From assembly GCA_000165425.1 (NCBI GenBank), contig CT867992.1, forward strand, positions 248,001 to 303,662: a stretch of DNA of 55,662 nucleotides, read 5' to 3'. The translations under genes and the position numbers were made by a program. Shown here in pieces: positions 37,580 to 50,000 of the stretch. How positions within the stretch are numbered: position 1 is the stretch's first letter; the number at the start of each line of letters is the position of its first letter. The DNA is from Paramecium tetraurelia. Taxonomy: Eukaryota. The notes beneath the pieces were generated by a model. That model was given only the letters and a program-made list of their open reading frames with translations, was not told the DNA's origin and did no database searches.

Positions 37580-38387
37580 ATGAGCCGAACGAATTTGGGA
37601 AGTCCTTCCTATTACTTTTCTTCATCAGCTCCCAAGCTAGAAAATTTTTAGCAGAGTCCCAAAAAGGAATTTTTTGATGCTTCTCGCTAATTAGAAAAGG
37701 CAAAAAGAAGAGTCTAACTACTAAAGTTAGAGAATGAAATAAGGTATCATTAAAATATGATATTCGTTTCTTAGAGAGAAGAAAGCTTAAATATAATAGC
37801 AGAAGAGTGAACAACTAACCCGAATTCGCGAAGATCATGAATAATTTAAAGAATTTGTATATGAATTACATAAATATAGAAATAAATGCATAGAGAATAA
37901 GTCAATGTATAGATATAGAATTTGGTATCTCGAACACGCAACCTGAAACGACAATAGTCACAAGAGAAAATTTATATCTAATAAAACTTCCTTCAAATGA
38001 AATAATAGGAAGTCAAGAATATAAAAGAGCAATCTCAAAAAAATGAATAGCTTATTAGATAGAATCTCGACAGCCTTAAATAATAAAAATATGAGCAAAA
38101 ACAATAGATTCTCACTCAAGAACAGCTAGCTTAATAAAGCATCAGCAATTTTCACAAATAAAGATATCTTAAGCATTAACAAGATCATTATCACTCGAAA
38201 TCTTAACACATGATTGAAGCCGAAACCAAACTAAGCATCATTGAAGAACTAAGGAAACAAGAAGCTTAATTATTATAAAAATTAGAAACTACAGTAATAT
38301 ATATAAGTATTTTAGTCTAAAATGAACACAAGTCTAGTTGCTCGATAAATATCAACAACAACTCCAAAAACAGAATTCAATAATTGA
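37580..38387 (+). CDS. Hypothetical coiled-coil protein
   Basis: MSRTNLGSPSYYFSSSAPK...LEKAKRRVQLLKLENEIR...IEELRKQEAQLLQKLET...TPKTEFNN*. Three or more short introns. Confidence 0.65.
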
Positions 38388-38591
38388 ATCATTAATATAT
38401 TATAAATATTTATAAAGTTAATATTAAACTAAAATTTCCTGGAAGAATTAATTTCATAAGTTAAAAACAAATTATTTACCCAATACAATCAAGGTAATTT
38501 ACATAAATAATCATGCACATTAATAATTGAACAAGTCAGATCAATTTTTTATATATATAAAGTGTTAATAAACTAAATTAAAATAAATAAT

Positions 38592-39673
38592 ATGAATTTG
38601 CTTTCACCACAAAACAAAAGTTTAATCCTATTCTTTCTATTTGCTGCAATTGCCGTTGTTGCTGGTTTGATATTAGCTATTATTGCAATCGCCTTCTTCC
38701 CCATTACAATAGTGTTATTTATAATTGTTAAGTATACTCCTGTAAGTAACATTCATATTATTAGGTGCGACACATTTTTACAAAGGTTTATCATAAAATA
38801 TATGACTATTTGTTCTATTAGAGTGAAAAACCTAGAAAATTATTATGGGGGTTTATCTATGACTTTATGTGCGCATATTTCCCATTGAATAAATGGAGGT
38901 CTTTGAATTATGGATATGCATTATTGAATGAAAATGGACGTATTCTCAACAATTTGGATGAATAGTAAGAAGAAGAAAGGTTCTGTCTCTAATTATATCA
39001 CATGGTGGCAACAAATTGTTTGAAATTAAAGGATCTTCAAGGAAAACGAGTATTAGAGGTTGGAAGCGGCAGAGGAGGAGGATTATATTATATTCATTCA
39101 TCATTGAAACCTGAATCGTGTGTTGGTGTTGATTACTCCTAGAATTAAGTGGATTTTTGTAAGACCACCTATGGAATAAATCAAAAATTAAGCTTTCAAT
39201 AAGGCGATGCTGAAAATTTAACAAGTTTAAAGATCTAAACATTTGATTTGATCATCAACGTTGAATCATCTCATTGTTATGGCAATTTCTAAAAGTTTGT
39301 TTAGGAAGTTACAGAATTACTAAGCACTGGAGGGCTATTTGTTATTACAGATTTCAGAGCAATTTAAGATATTAAGTAATTTGAATAAGACCTCTAATCA
39401 ACAGGATTGGTATAAGATATGACTATATTAATAGAAATTGGAAACTAAGGAAGACATTACTATCAATGTCCTTTAAGCATTGAAATTGGATGAGAAGAGG
39501 AAACAATAATGGATGACGAGACATTGTGGAATAAGTATATCGCATTCATATTATTAATTATAGTCTTCAGAAGCTTCTTTAGTAAATTTAGTGGTGTTTA
39601 GAGTTCTCGTATATTTTAGGAATTAAGTGAAAGAAAAACACTTTACCTAATTTATGCCTTAAGAAAGGTTTGA
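38592..39673 (+). CDS. Membrane-anchored class I SAM-dependent methyltransferase, Rv2952 (phthiotriol)/fatty-acid O-methyltransferase-like
   Basis: N-terminal TM hairpin, SLNYGY, EERFCLQLYHMVAT, LQGKRVLEVGSGRGGG, GVDYS, QGDAENL, FDLIINVESSHCYGNF, GGLFVITDFR, EDITINVLQAL, FSGVQSSRIF, YLIYALRK. Three introns, e.g. 38742-38764. Confidence 0.88.
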
Positions 39674-40201
39674 ATATAATAAATCATTTAAATTAATTTC
39701 AATAAATTCAGTAATAATATTATCATTCAATTGCAGAGAACCTTATTTTATTCTGTTTCTATATTTTATAAATTTCTAGATTTGCATTATAAACTAATGT
39801 TTTATATAATTTCAATTTATAATATGATCAAGTCAAAAGAATTCTATTTATATAGATCATCAATCAATTATACATTATTTCACTTTACGAATAATTCATT
39901 TAGATAACAATTATATTATATAAGGATTAATGCTTCTTTAGATTTGCAACCATAGATTCTGCTATGAAACTGCTATCTTTCATTGGAAATTTATATGAAA
40001 TTAGATCTAATAGAGGGTTTTAATTATCTGTATATTTCTAAGAATAACTCATACTTTATTAATAGATAAGATTTTGAAAATTTTAGATCGACAAATATAT
40101 TGTAATAGAATTATATTTAAATAATCAAGAACTCAAATTCATTATCTTAGGACAGGAGTGAACATTTATATTCATCATATATCATAAATAAAAATAAAAT
40201 T

Positions 40202-41246
40202 TCACTATTATGTGAATTGATATCCAAAGTTATCCTGCACACTTACTTCAAACGGATCTTCACAAGTGGAGAGTCTCTTTAGATAACCAAGGGTTGTATT
40301 TGAAAAATATTATTATTGGCAGTTATTTTGAGGTGTTAATGTTAAATTCCTTCTTCTTGCTTGCTGTTATAATTTGTGTCTAGTTGTAGATATTTTAACA
40401 ATTTGGTTGTATTTGTGGATTTCATCCAATTTTTTTTCATTTATTTCTTTCCAATAAGGTTCTTTAATGTGCTTTTCAATTTTATGGTAATAATGCAATT
40501 GATAAAATTCTTTTATAGAATTCTAAACCTTCTATATGTCTGGAAGTAATTAGTAAATTTAAAAGAAGACTGAGGTTTAGAGGGATGAATATTCCAACTC
40601 AAACTCTTTAATTAATCTAAGCTTAAATTTAAAATTACTTTTCTAGAAAGAGGTATAATGCAATGACATCATTCCATAAAAGTAACAATAACTCATAAAT
40701 TATATCTTCCTTGTTCTATGCCAAAATATCTTTAAATAGTGGGGTTTGGCAAAATACAAAATTTAATAAGTTTATCGCTTTATAATACATATTTTAAAAT
40801 TCTTCAAATTCTAAGTTTAGATGAATATTAATACATTTGATAGTGTATGATCTCTAATTTTTGACCATCTTAATCAGAGCAATGCTATTAGCAAATCTTT
40901 GCAATACTTGAAAATAAAAAACTACAAATTTATCTTCAATCGAATAAGAATCATCTACGAACCCATCCCAATCACTGACATACTCTGCAAATATGGCACC
41001 ATGTATCAAATCATCTAACAATACATGACATGCAGCCAAAATCTTTAATTTTACTCTATACGAGGGCTTAATTGGAAGTGCATTTATAAACTTCTTAAAT
41101 ATAGTTCTTATTGAGATTGGAGTTTACTACTCTTGGAATCCTTTCATTAAGAATTTCAGATCAGTCACATTCAACTAAACTGCATTATTGAGTATGGAAC
41201 TCTACTAGAGATGTCTTTCAAAGTCAGATTTAAATATATTAATCAT
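40202..41246 (-). CDS. ANTH/ENTH-like domain protein (putative endocytic adaptor)
   Basis: SYRVKLKILAACHVLLDD resembles the ANTH W.VALK.LI..H.LL helix. Helical second half (LWNDVIALY) and a C-terminal EDPF motif. Confidence 0.6.
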
Positions 41247-41396
41247 TTCACTATTGTTTTCATAAAATTTTATGAATTTTATTAGCTAATCCACACCCCA
41301 AAACAGAAATAGAATGAATAATAATTTTATCCTTCAAATCAACCTCAAAAACAATAACCATACTAACCCTTGGAGCAAATTAATAACTAATACAAA

Positions 41397-42403
41397 TCAT
41401 TAATATATGTTTTAATAATATTATTCCTATTTTTTATCTCCATAACTCCATTTGAATTGAGATTAATTAGCGAAATTAGATCCACTGAATTTCTCATCAT
41501 AAATGGAATGAAATTGTTTGGTCTCCTTAATTGGTATAGTTTGTTATGCAATTTTTTGATTCGATACAATTTTCTACTTAGGCATTTGAGGAACTTAACT
41601 ATTGTCTCTAATCTTTTTCGATAAGAATTCTAATTCCTCATTCAAATTTGCCTAATAAATGTCAACGTATTCTGTAAAGGCTTAGCTAATTTTCTAGAGC
41701 TTCTCTTCATGAACAAACACATCAAACGCATTAGATAAATACATCTTGAGAGCATCATCAACTTCCAATGTTAGCTATTCAAAATCGTGATGCTACTCGT
41801 CACTCATTACCATCAAACAACCTCTTATATATTTTGGTTAGAGTAACATCTTTTCCTTTTAATCTAAGCTAAGAATTATCTAATTGAGTTTATGGTGAAG
41901 ATCTTTTTTCTCCCCTGGATGAGATTACTAATAATCAAAAATTTTGAAATTACTTTTTGCAAATGAATTTTCTATTTAACTTACTCTTCTAATTAAACAC
42001 AATATTAATTGACTGCTGCCATTAGAGTTGATTTGACTTTTTGTAATTTATTTTGTATTTATTTCATCAATTCCGGCGATTCACCCACATTAAAATGATG
42101 CAAAATTGCTCTCTCTCTTTTCAAATTAGAATATATATTTATACTCTTCAAATTTAGTTTTCATTTCATGAACATTATTCAGAAGCTGTTATCTTACATT
42201 ATCAACTGTATCTAATTGTGCTTGTGTACCATTTTAATTATGTTATTGCACGTGTAATTTACAACAATCTTTGCATAAGGGCTATTCAATTTCTGATAGA
42301 ATATATTTAAAACCTGTCTGCACTCCAATGACATACAAAAAAGGACTATGTCATTCGATGGATGTTTGTAGCATTTTTCAAATTAGGAAGGTGCAACAGA
42401 CAT
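41397..42403 (-). CDS. B-box-like zinc finger plus coiled-coil protein
   Basis: MSVAPSQFEKCYKHPSNDIVLFCMSLEC...PLCKDCCKLHVQQH, followed by a helical region. Short introns. Confidence 0.65.
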
Positions 42404-42472
42404 TAAGTTTATTAATTAATTGATATATATTAATTATATAGATCTAAATAATTTAGTAATATGTAATCATTT

Positions 42473-43159
42473 TCACTTTATACTTGAAATACTCGAAACG
42501 ATAGGTATGCTTACCATGCTTTTTTGTTATTATTTTACTTCCTTTACTTGTATCATTGGAAACCTCTTAGCACTAAAATAAATTAGAATAATAAAATACT
42601 GTGTAATTTGGAACGACTTTTCCTCGGTGGTTTGCAATTGTTAGATTAAATTGTCATATATCTTCTTCGTCATCCCTTTTGGACCAACCACGGTTTAGTT
42701 TAGATTATTTGATTATGAATTGAAATTTTCCAGTTTAATTTTTAAATCATTGCTTAATTCAATCAATTTTGATGCTGATGCTTCAATAGAACTAGTTTAT
42801 TTATTTTAGATCTCTTTATTTAGCCTTCCTAATCTCTTATTTTCCTTAATCAGAAATTGTAACTTCTGCTCGTATTAAGATTTCATAGAGTCAAGTTCCA
42901 ATTAGAGCTAGTCCCTTTGCATCTACTACTCAAAATGCACGAATGCTTATTCCTGTAATAATTAATTATCCTTTTTTAATTGAATTATCTCAAATTGCAG
43001 CAACTCCAACTTTTGTTCAATTGATTGCACATAATTTATCTGAACTGCTGCATTTTGTAATTGTCGTTATAAACCATAGACAAGAAGCGAAAGTCTTTGG
43101 TTTTCTTCTGTTAACTTTTTGTTTAGATCATGGAGGTTGTCTTTGTTTATGTGATCCAT
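42473..43159 (-). CDS. Hypothetical coiled-coil protein
   Basis: Continuous 228-aa frame MDHINKDNLHDLNKKLTEENQRL...VSSISSIK*. Possible in-frame 27-nt intron at 42573-42599. Confidence 0.7.
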
Positions 43160-43245
43160 AAATTATTAATGATTAAAATAAGTAATTAATACTTCGTACA
43201 TAATACTTAATTTGCTACATGATTAAGTTCTGTTATTAATTATAA

Positions 43246-44845
43246 ATGTTTTTTCAAACTAAAGAAAAAACATCTCGTTCTGTTTCACCCGCAAATCGTT
43301 CAGATTTGGTAACCATAATACCGAGGTCTCAAAGTCCAACCATAACGAAAGAACAATTATAAGTATAAATTTGTATAATTAAGAACACCAAATTTTACAA
43401 TCGTTTCTATAGATAGGAACAACGTTATCAACTTTTATAAGATTAGGTTTACAGATATTTATAATGCATAGATTAATGCAGAGATCAAGGCATTATCAAA
43501 CAAGAAGAAGATTACTGAAAATTCCTATGCAATTATTGCCAATTAATTACAATAACGAATTTCGGATTCATTATCTAGATTCAAAAGCGAAAGACTTGAT
43601 TTTGCATAAATTGGGGCAGCATTCACTGATTTAAAAATATTCCAAGAAATTATCTTTGATAGCAATTGCGAATGTAATTTTATATTTGTAATATAGTAAT
43701 AAATAGCGATTAACCTCTTAATCTGAGAGGTAAACAGGAGGTATTTTTTAATCTCTATATATTTAGATGTTGATGCATGAAATGTTGTGGAATCTAGTAT
43801 CGCAAGATGGTGAACATGAATAAGTTGAAACCTAAATGGTATTATGTGTATTTAGAATCTTGATGGACCCAGTCAAATTGACAGTCGAAGAAACAGCTTA
43901 ATTAGTTTTAGACTTCCTAAACTACGAAGTCACCAATTACAATTAAAAATTTGATCAAGCAAAGAGATTAGTCATTCAATTTAGAGCTCTTACATAAAAT
44001 TAGATTTTCTCCGCTTACCCAGATAAAAAAAAAGAAATTGAGGATGTCAAGGAGAAACATGCTCCATCAATAAATTAGAAATCTTAAATTTTAGCTTATC
44101 AAAACAGACAAAAATACATGGATAAATAATTAAGTACGCAAAGTTAAAGCTGCATCGATGTTCTCTTGAAAAAGAAGTAAGAATTCAATAGAGAAATATA
44201 AAAATAATAGCTCTAAAAATAAGAAGAGAAGATGAAGGAATGCACATTCCAGCCTAAGATTAATTAAAATTACTCATAAAATTCTACAATTGATGTGGTG
44301 AGTAGATTATATACTTAAGAATCAATTCATTAGAAAAGATTGTATTAAGAAGAAAATGTAAGAAAAACTTAGGAATAAAAAGAATTAGTAGAGTTGAATT
44401 AATGCACATTCACTCCTCTAATTAATGATGGCATTCCTATATCAACAACAAATGCAAGCACTCCAAAGGACTATGACAAAATGGTAGATAGAATGAGAAA
44501 GGCCAATAATAGAGCAAGAGAACAGAAAGAGAAATTAAATCAGTATGAAATCAAATTATATTTAGTGTATCCACTGGAGAATAATTAGAAAAACTTAGAA
44601 ATTCTCCATTCAATCCCCCATAAATGGTAAATCGACCAAAATTAAAAAAAAAACCAATTGTTATTATGGATGTGAATATCTGCCCAGGAAAATAAGGAAG
44701 ATTAGCTCTGTATGAAGATTAAGACCCTCAAGATGTCGTCAAGAACTTTTCAAAATTATTCAATCTGAATACAGAAATGTCAGACATATTACTAAATGTT
44801 TTGGAACAAGAGAGATAAAAGATGATGAAAAAACAATGCTCTTGA
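43246..44845 (+). CDS. Hypothetical ciliate-family protein with (E/Q)CTF.P.IN repeats
   Basis: MFFQTKEKTSRSVSP..., ECTFQPKIN and QCTFTPLIN repeats, C-terminal MDVNICPGKQGRLALYEDQDPQDVVKNFSKLFNL. Several introns. Confidence 0.7.
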
Positions 44846-44895
44846 GAAATGAGAGTCATAAATATATATTCTTTTTAATATTATTTTAAATAAAG

Positions 44896-46327
44896 TCAAA
44901 AATTACTCTTTCTCATTATATAAACCATATAAATGTGTTGCCTATCTTTTAATAATTATAACCTTTATTCATAAGGTTATATTCTCTTCCCAATAAATGT
45001 AGAAACTAAAGATTTATGGTATTAATTACTCCAATTCCCTTAAATTTACTAATGTTATTTAATATGTGCTATTTGCAGTTGCATCGCTTAGGCCAATCCA
45101 ACTGTGAAATCCTATTTTTCGATCATGCTTAATCCTTCAATGTTAAGATACTCTTCTAATTGTGAAAGATTTTATTTAGTGTCAAAATTAGAGATAATTA
45201 AATACCCTTCTTCCTTTAATAAATTTATAGCTGATTCCAAATAACTAAATATGTTTTAATTACAACCTTTTCATATTGATATTTTTAAAAGCAGGTTTGT
45301 TATTAAGTTCAATTCCAATAATCATATCAACTTGACTTGGTAGATACAGTGATTTGATTTCATTTGGAGAAATGTTCTCAAATTTTAAATTAATCTAATG
45401 ATTAAAGACCTTTTGATTGTTTAATATTTAACTTTATGATGAATCAATTCCTAAGCATCTTTGAGGACCGTAAGTTTCTGCAATGTAAGATAGACCAGTA
45501 GCATAGCCACATTCGATTTCTAAAATTACTTAATCTTTTAAAGTTTTGTTTTTCCAAAATTAAGTTATAGCATATTAAGGTAACTACGTTTTAAATTTAT
45601 CCAATTCCTAATCTATTTTTAATTTCGTTGTCTCATTCAGGATGGAATTTCTTAATATATCATATTTAGTACTAAAACATAATAACTATCTGATCATAAA
45701 TTGGAATTGTTACTAATTTATCATTAATATTTCGAACAAAGCCATCAATTCTGATCCATATATAAAAAGGAACAATGTAATTTGCATAAATTTAAACTAA
45801 ATCTTTCTAAAATGGTTATCATATAAATTACCCAGATTCTGTTTGTTTTTATGATACTTATGACATATTAAAAAAATGGAGCGAGAAATTAAATCAAGAT
45901 CTATATCAATCTCAAATTCAGTAGATAGTTCAAGTTAACTTCTATTAATCTCTTCATTTTAATAACAGGAGGTAAAATCAATCGAGATTCCTTGATCATT
46001 CGTAATAATCCAAACAGTGGCTATTATTCATATGAGATCAATTACTTCATTAAGCATATATTGACATGCAAATAAAAGTGAGGAATTGAAGGTATTGAAC
46101 ATAAAGGTGCATGCAGATTAATATTACTTTTTTAAATGTTATTTGATCTACAATGTGAATCACAATACTTGAAATTTATAATTCCAACATAACACAATAG
46201 AAATAGGTAATGTTATTGGTAGAAAGACTATATACATCAATAATAAGCTAGGAATGCAAAACATGGCAAATAATTTGATCAGAATATGTATTTTAAGGTT
46301 TCCTACCAAATTAATAAGAGTTTCCAT
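44896..46327 (-). CDS. Divergent paralog of the Rv2952-like methyltransferase at 38592-39673 (degenerate SAM motif I)
   Basis: N-terminal TM (MYIVFLPITLPISIVLCWNY), ELDKFKTQLPQYAIT, LKDQVILEIECGYATGLSYIAETYGPQRCLGIDSS, VDMIIGIE, LLKEEGYLIISNF, EKQDFTVGLAQAM, YMVYIMRKSNF*. About five short introns. Confidence 0.75.
46148..46168 (-). other. 21-nt (3n) GT-AG intron carrying an in-frame TGA
   Basis: gtattgtgattcacattgtag. If retained it reads GTA TTG TGA. Confidence 0.7.
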
Positions 46328-47097
46328 AATTTATTAATAATAATTGACATAAATATAATCTGATCATTCTATTTTTGTAAATAAATTATTAAGTGTTTGA
46401 TCACCCACAAATATTTATTTTAGGTTTAGTATTAGATAAATTATAATCTATTTTAACAGTATTGTGGATATTATATTTTATTTCACCTCAGATTAGGTGC
46501 TTGTTGGCCATAATGTTCTACTAAAGAAATTCATTAAATTGAACATAATAGACTCTTTTATAGAATAACATAATTAATAACAATGTGAATTAGTCATAAA
46601 AACATTCAAATAATTTTGATCTTATTCCATTTTTTATGAAATCAAAATGTATCATTTTAGACAAATAAGCAGAAATCTATAAAATCATAAAAAAATAATA
46701 AATTATTAATGAAACAATAAAAATGAGAATTCAAGCATAAAGTTTTAGAATACTTTTTGATGATCATAATTAAATTTTAAATGCATTTCTAAATATTATA
46801 AAAAAAAATAATAAATTTATGTGTTTCTTTATCATTGTTTTGGGGCACTTGCTAGTTTTAAGTTAAATAATTTAAAACATAAGGCATAAACTAATCTCAA
46901 TGCCAAAAAAAGGACTTTATAAACAAATATTGTGAAAAGAATAATATAAGAGGTAAAATAATGGAAACTAATTTCTATCATTCATCCTGAATATCTTTAT
47001 TTTAGTCATTTTTCAAAGCTGCTCTGGTATTATGGTTAGTATCAAAGGTCTACTATATTTAATGGAGTTATTGACTTCTTCTATAATGTTTTATAAG

Positions 47098-50000
47098 TCA
47101 AATTAATTACATCTTATCAAATGCATATGAATTTGTCATGTTCTTTGAGAAATTCAAAGAATACGCCAAATGAGGATTTCTGATCAATTATTGCCCTTCT
47201 CTAATCAAGCTTGGACTTCTTAGACTTAAATGATTAGTATTAAGATTCGAGTCCAAGTTTCTCTCAATAGAAACATGGTGGCCTTACGATTTTTTTATAA
47301 GTATCATTTCCTTAGCTAATGGGATCAAAAATCCTCTCAATTTCAAATAATATTTTCTAACTCGAATTCGCTACTAATTTCGATCTGTTAGAACTCTTCT
47401 TAAAAATGCTATTTTTTAAAACGATGGGAATAGTTTTCTAATAGCCTATCTTATTATATCAAGTTTATCCTAATAATCAGTTGTTTTTTCTCTAAAGTAT
47501 TCCACTACTATTTTGGATATTAATAAATAGGCGACATGAATGTTAAGTACTATTATTATGATTTAATACGGAATTTAAATTTCAATGGAATTTTATTATT
47601 ATGAAATATAGATACCAATTGCTAAAACAATAGATGCTAGACATACATTCGTAGAATAACAATCTAATTGATTCAACAAACTTTACTTGTAAGGTTTATA
47701 CTTTTTATTTAATTCTAAATATAATCCAGTAATTAGTAAAACAATAGTGGCTTTAATAATTATTCTATCTTCGTAATAAGTTAAGAAAATGATCATCAAT
47801 TCTTTTTGAGCGATTTTGATCACCTCCCAAAAATAAGCAGATTTCGTATATTCATTATACAAATAACCCCATTAAAGTCTAACCTTCTTTTAGTCAAGTT
47901 TTTCAGAATTACGATGAAGCCCTAAGAAAAAGTAAATGGGAACAAAAATTGCAAAAATGAAAAGTAACGGAAAGCAAAGTCTAAGCATCCATTACTCGTG
48001 TTAAGATGAGTCGTATCTCTATGAAACATTTGATTAGATCCATTTATATCCTGAAATCTCTCTATAGGAGATTAATTACACGAACCCTCCAATCACACTT
48101 GGTTGTAAATAGATGTACATGTAAATAAAAGTAGTAGTAATAACACAGACATTAAAAGAAATACGCTTCTTGAGAATTAAAAATAAATAACCTTGAAGAA
48201 AAACAGAGATATAAATTAATGGCAAAATTATTTACCAAATCATTCTAGCATATTAAATTTCTATATGAAAAGCATATGATAGGAAGCAATCTAAAGAATA
48301 GGTCATTGCTTAAATTGGAGATCCCATTGCATTTACAGTACCTTCAAGTGCAATCGGGAGTTTTAATTAAAATGTAACTATTGATGAAATTATTTATAAA
48401 TAATTGGTAAGCATCTTAATTAGAATTGCTGATTAATTTATTCTCTAGTTAACTGCTAATCCCATTTTTTTAAAGCAGAAATTTCTAACAAATTCTTGGA
48501 TAGCTTTGATTGTACTTTGAACTGAAATCAAAATAGAGATCAAAGTCCTAATTTAACAATATAAAATACCAAATACTAACTGATGTAATAATTATTACAT
48601 TTCTATTATTTTCTGCGCAAAGTCCACATGAGTATTTCGAACTAATAGAATATTGTCCACCACCTCGAATATTATATAAATCACATTATTCGCATAATGC
48701 TCCAATGTGTCCTTTAAAACAGGATTCATCACCCTCTAGCCAACCACCTAAACAATTTTCAGGTAAGTTCAAACAATAACTTACTAAATTACTTTAAAAA
48801 TAAGGTCTCCAATAACCAAATTTTAAGTTTAGTAGAGCTGATTTGACACTTATTGTCGAAATCTCATCTTTAAGTTCACATTTCTAGGAATTAAGAGTTG
48901 TTGAAAACAATCCTTAATTATTATCACATGGAATACAAGAATAATCCGTATAATTTTTGATTTCTCCAAATTAACAAGGTAAGGTTTTAATGTTGATCCT
49001 TAATTTATAATTTTAATGCGTGCTTAATAAATTATATGGGTATTTTTAATTATAATTAGCAACTACAACAGAATTGCATATAAATTACAATTGTAATACT
49101 ATGTGAGGCGGCAATTCATTATCAAAATAAACAATTAAATCATCAAGATTATAATCTTCTGTCTATATATTAAAATATACACTATCCAAGTTTGTAAAGT
49201 TGTTACTAAAAGGAATTTATTCATATTAATATTCTGATAGATTAATTCTTCTGCTATCGATATTGCAATATGAGTTTTTAAGATTTTTAATTATGCTATT
49301 ATCCTTGCCCAAAGCTAAAACACGAAATTTTTAATTCAAACTAGTGTAAGTACGATTCGATTTAGAGAAATATTCATAGAGGGAAATCTATTGACCACTA
49401 GGCAAATGGAGATACTAATATTAGTCCGAAGCATTTTATTAAGTAATAACCTGTTGTATCAAAAGATCTTCACTTTTAATAATAGATTTTGTGCTTAATT
49501 TTGTATTTTCATCTTATAAAGTAACTGTCAATTTTTGGGGCGATGATATGATATTCTCTCCAAAAAACTAAGCTTAATTGTTATTCACAATAGTATTTAG
49601 ATGAAAATAATCTATATCTTATTAATCAAATAGATAAATTCCTCCTCCTATAAAAGCAGAATTAAAAGATATTACACTACTTGTAATCAAGATGTCTTGC
49701 TTCATTTTTACAAATATGGCACCTCCTGTTTCAGATGCTTTATTATATTAAAAAATTGAATTAGATATCAAAACTCTAACATTCTCTATAAATAAGCAGG
49801 TTCCATTTTGAGCAATGTTATATTGACAAACATAACTATCAATAAAGACTTCTAAATTCATTTCTTGAATATTGACTTCTGCTTGTGTTAGTAATCTACT
49901 ACTATTTTATTTTTTAATCTAAAAACAACCAGACAGTCCGCATTAAGAATGAGTTACTTTGAGGTTAGAAATCTATTATTTTAATAATAAATCTTCGACT

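Noticed and set aside
46270..46350. In-frame TGA near the start of the second methyltransferase (pseudogene or selenocysteine)
   Set aside because: That TGA is in a different frame. The ATG at 46327 (METLINLVG...) reads openly into the TM segment.
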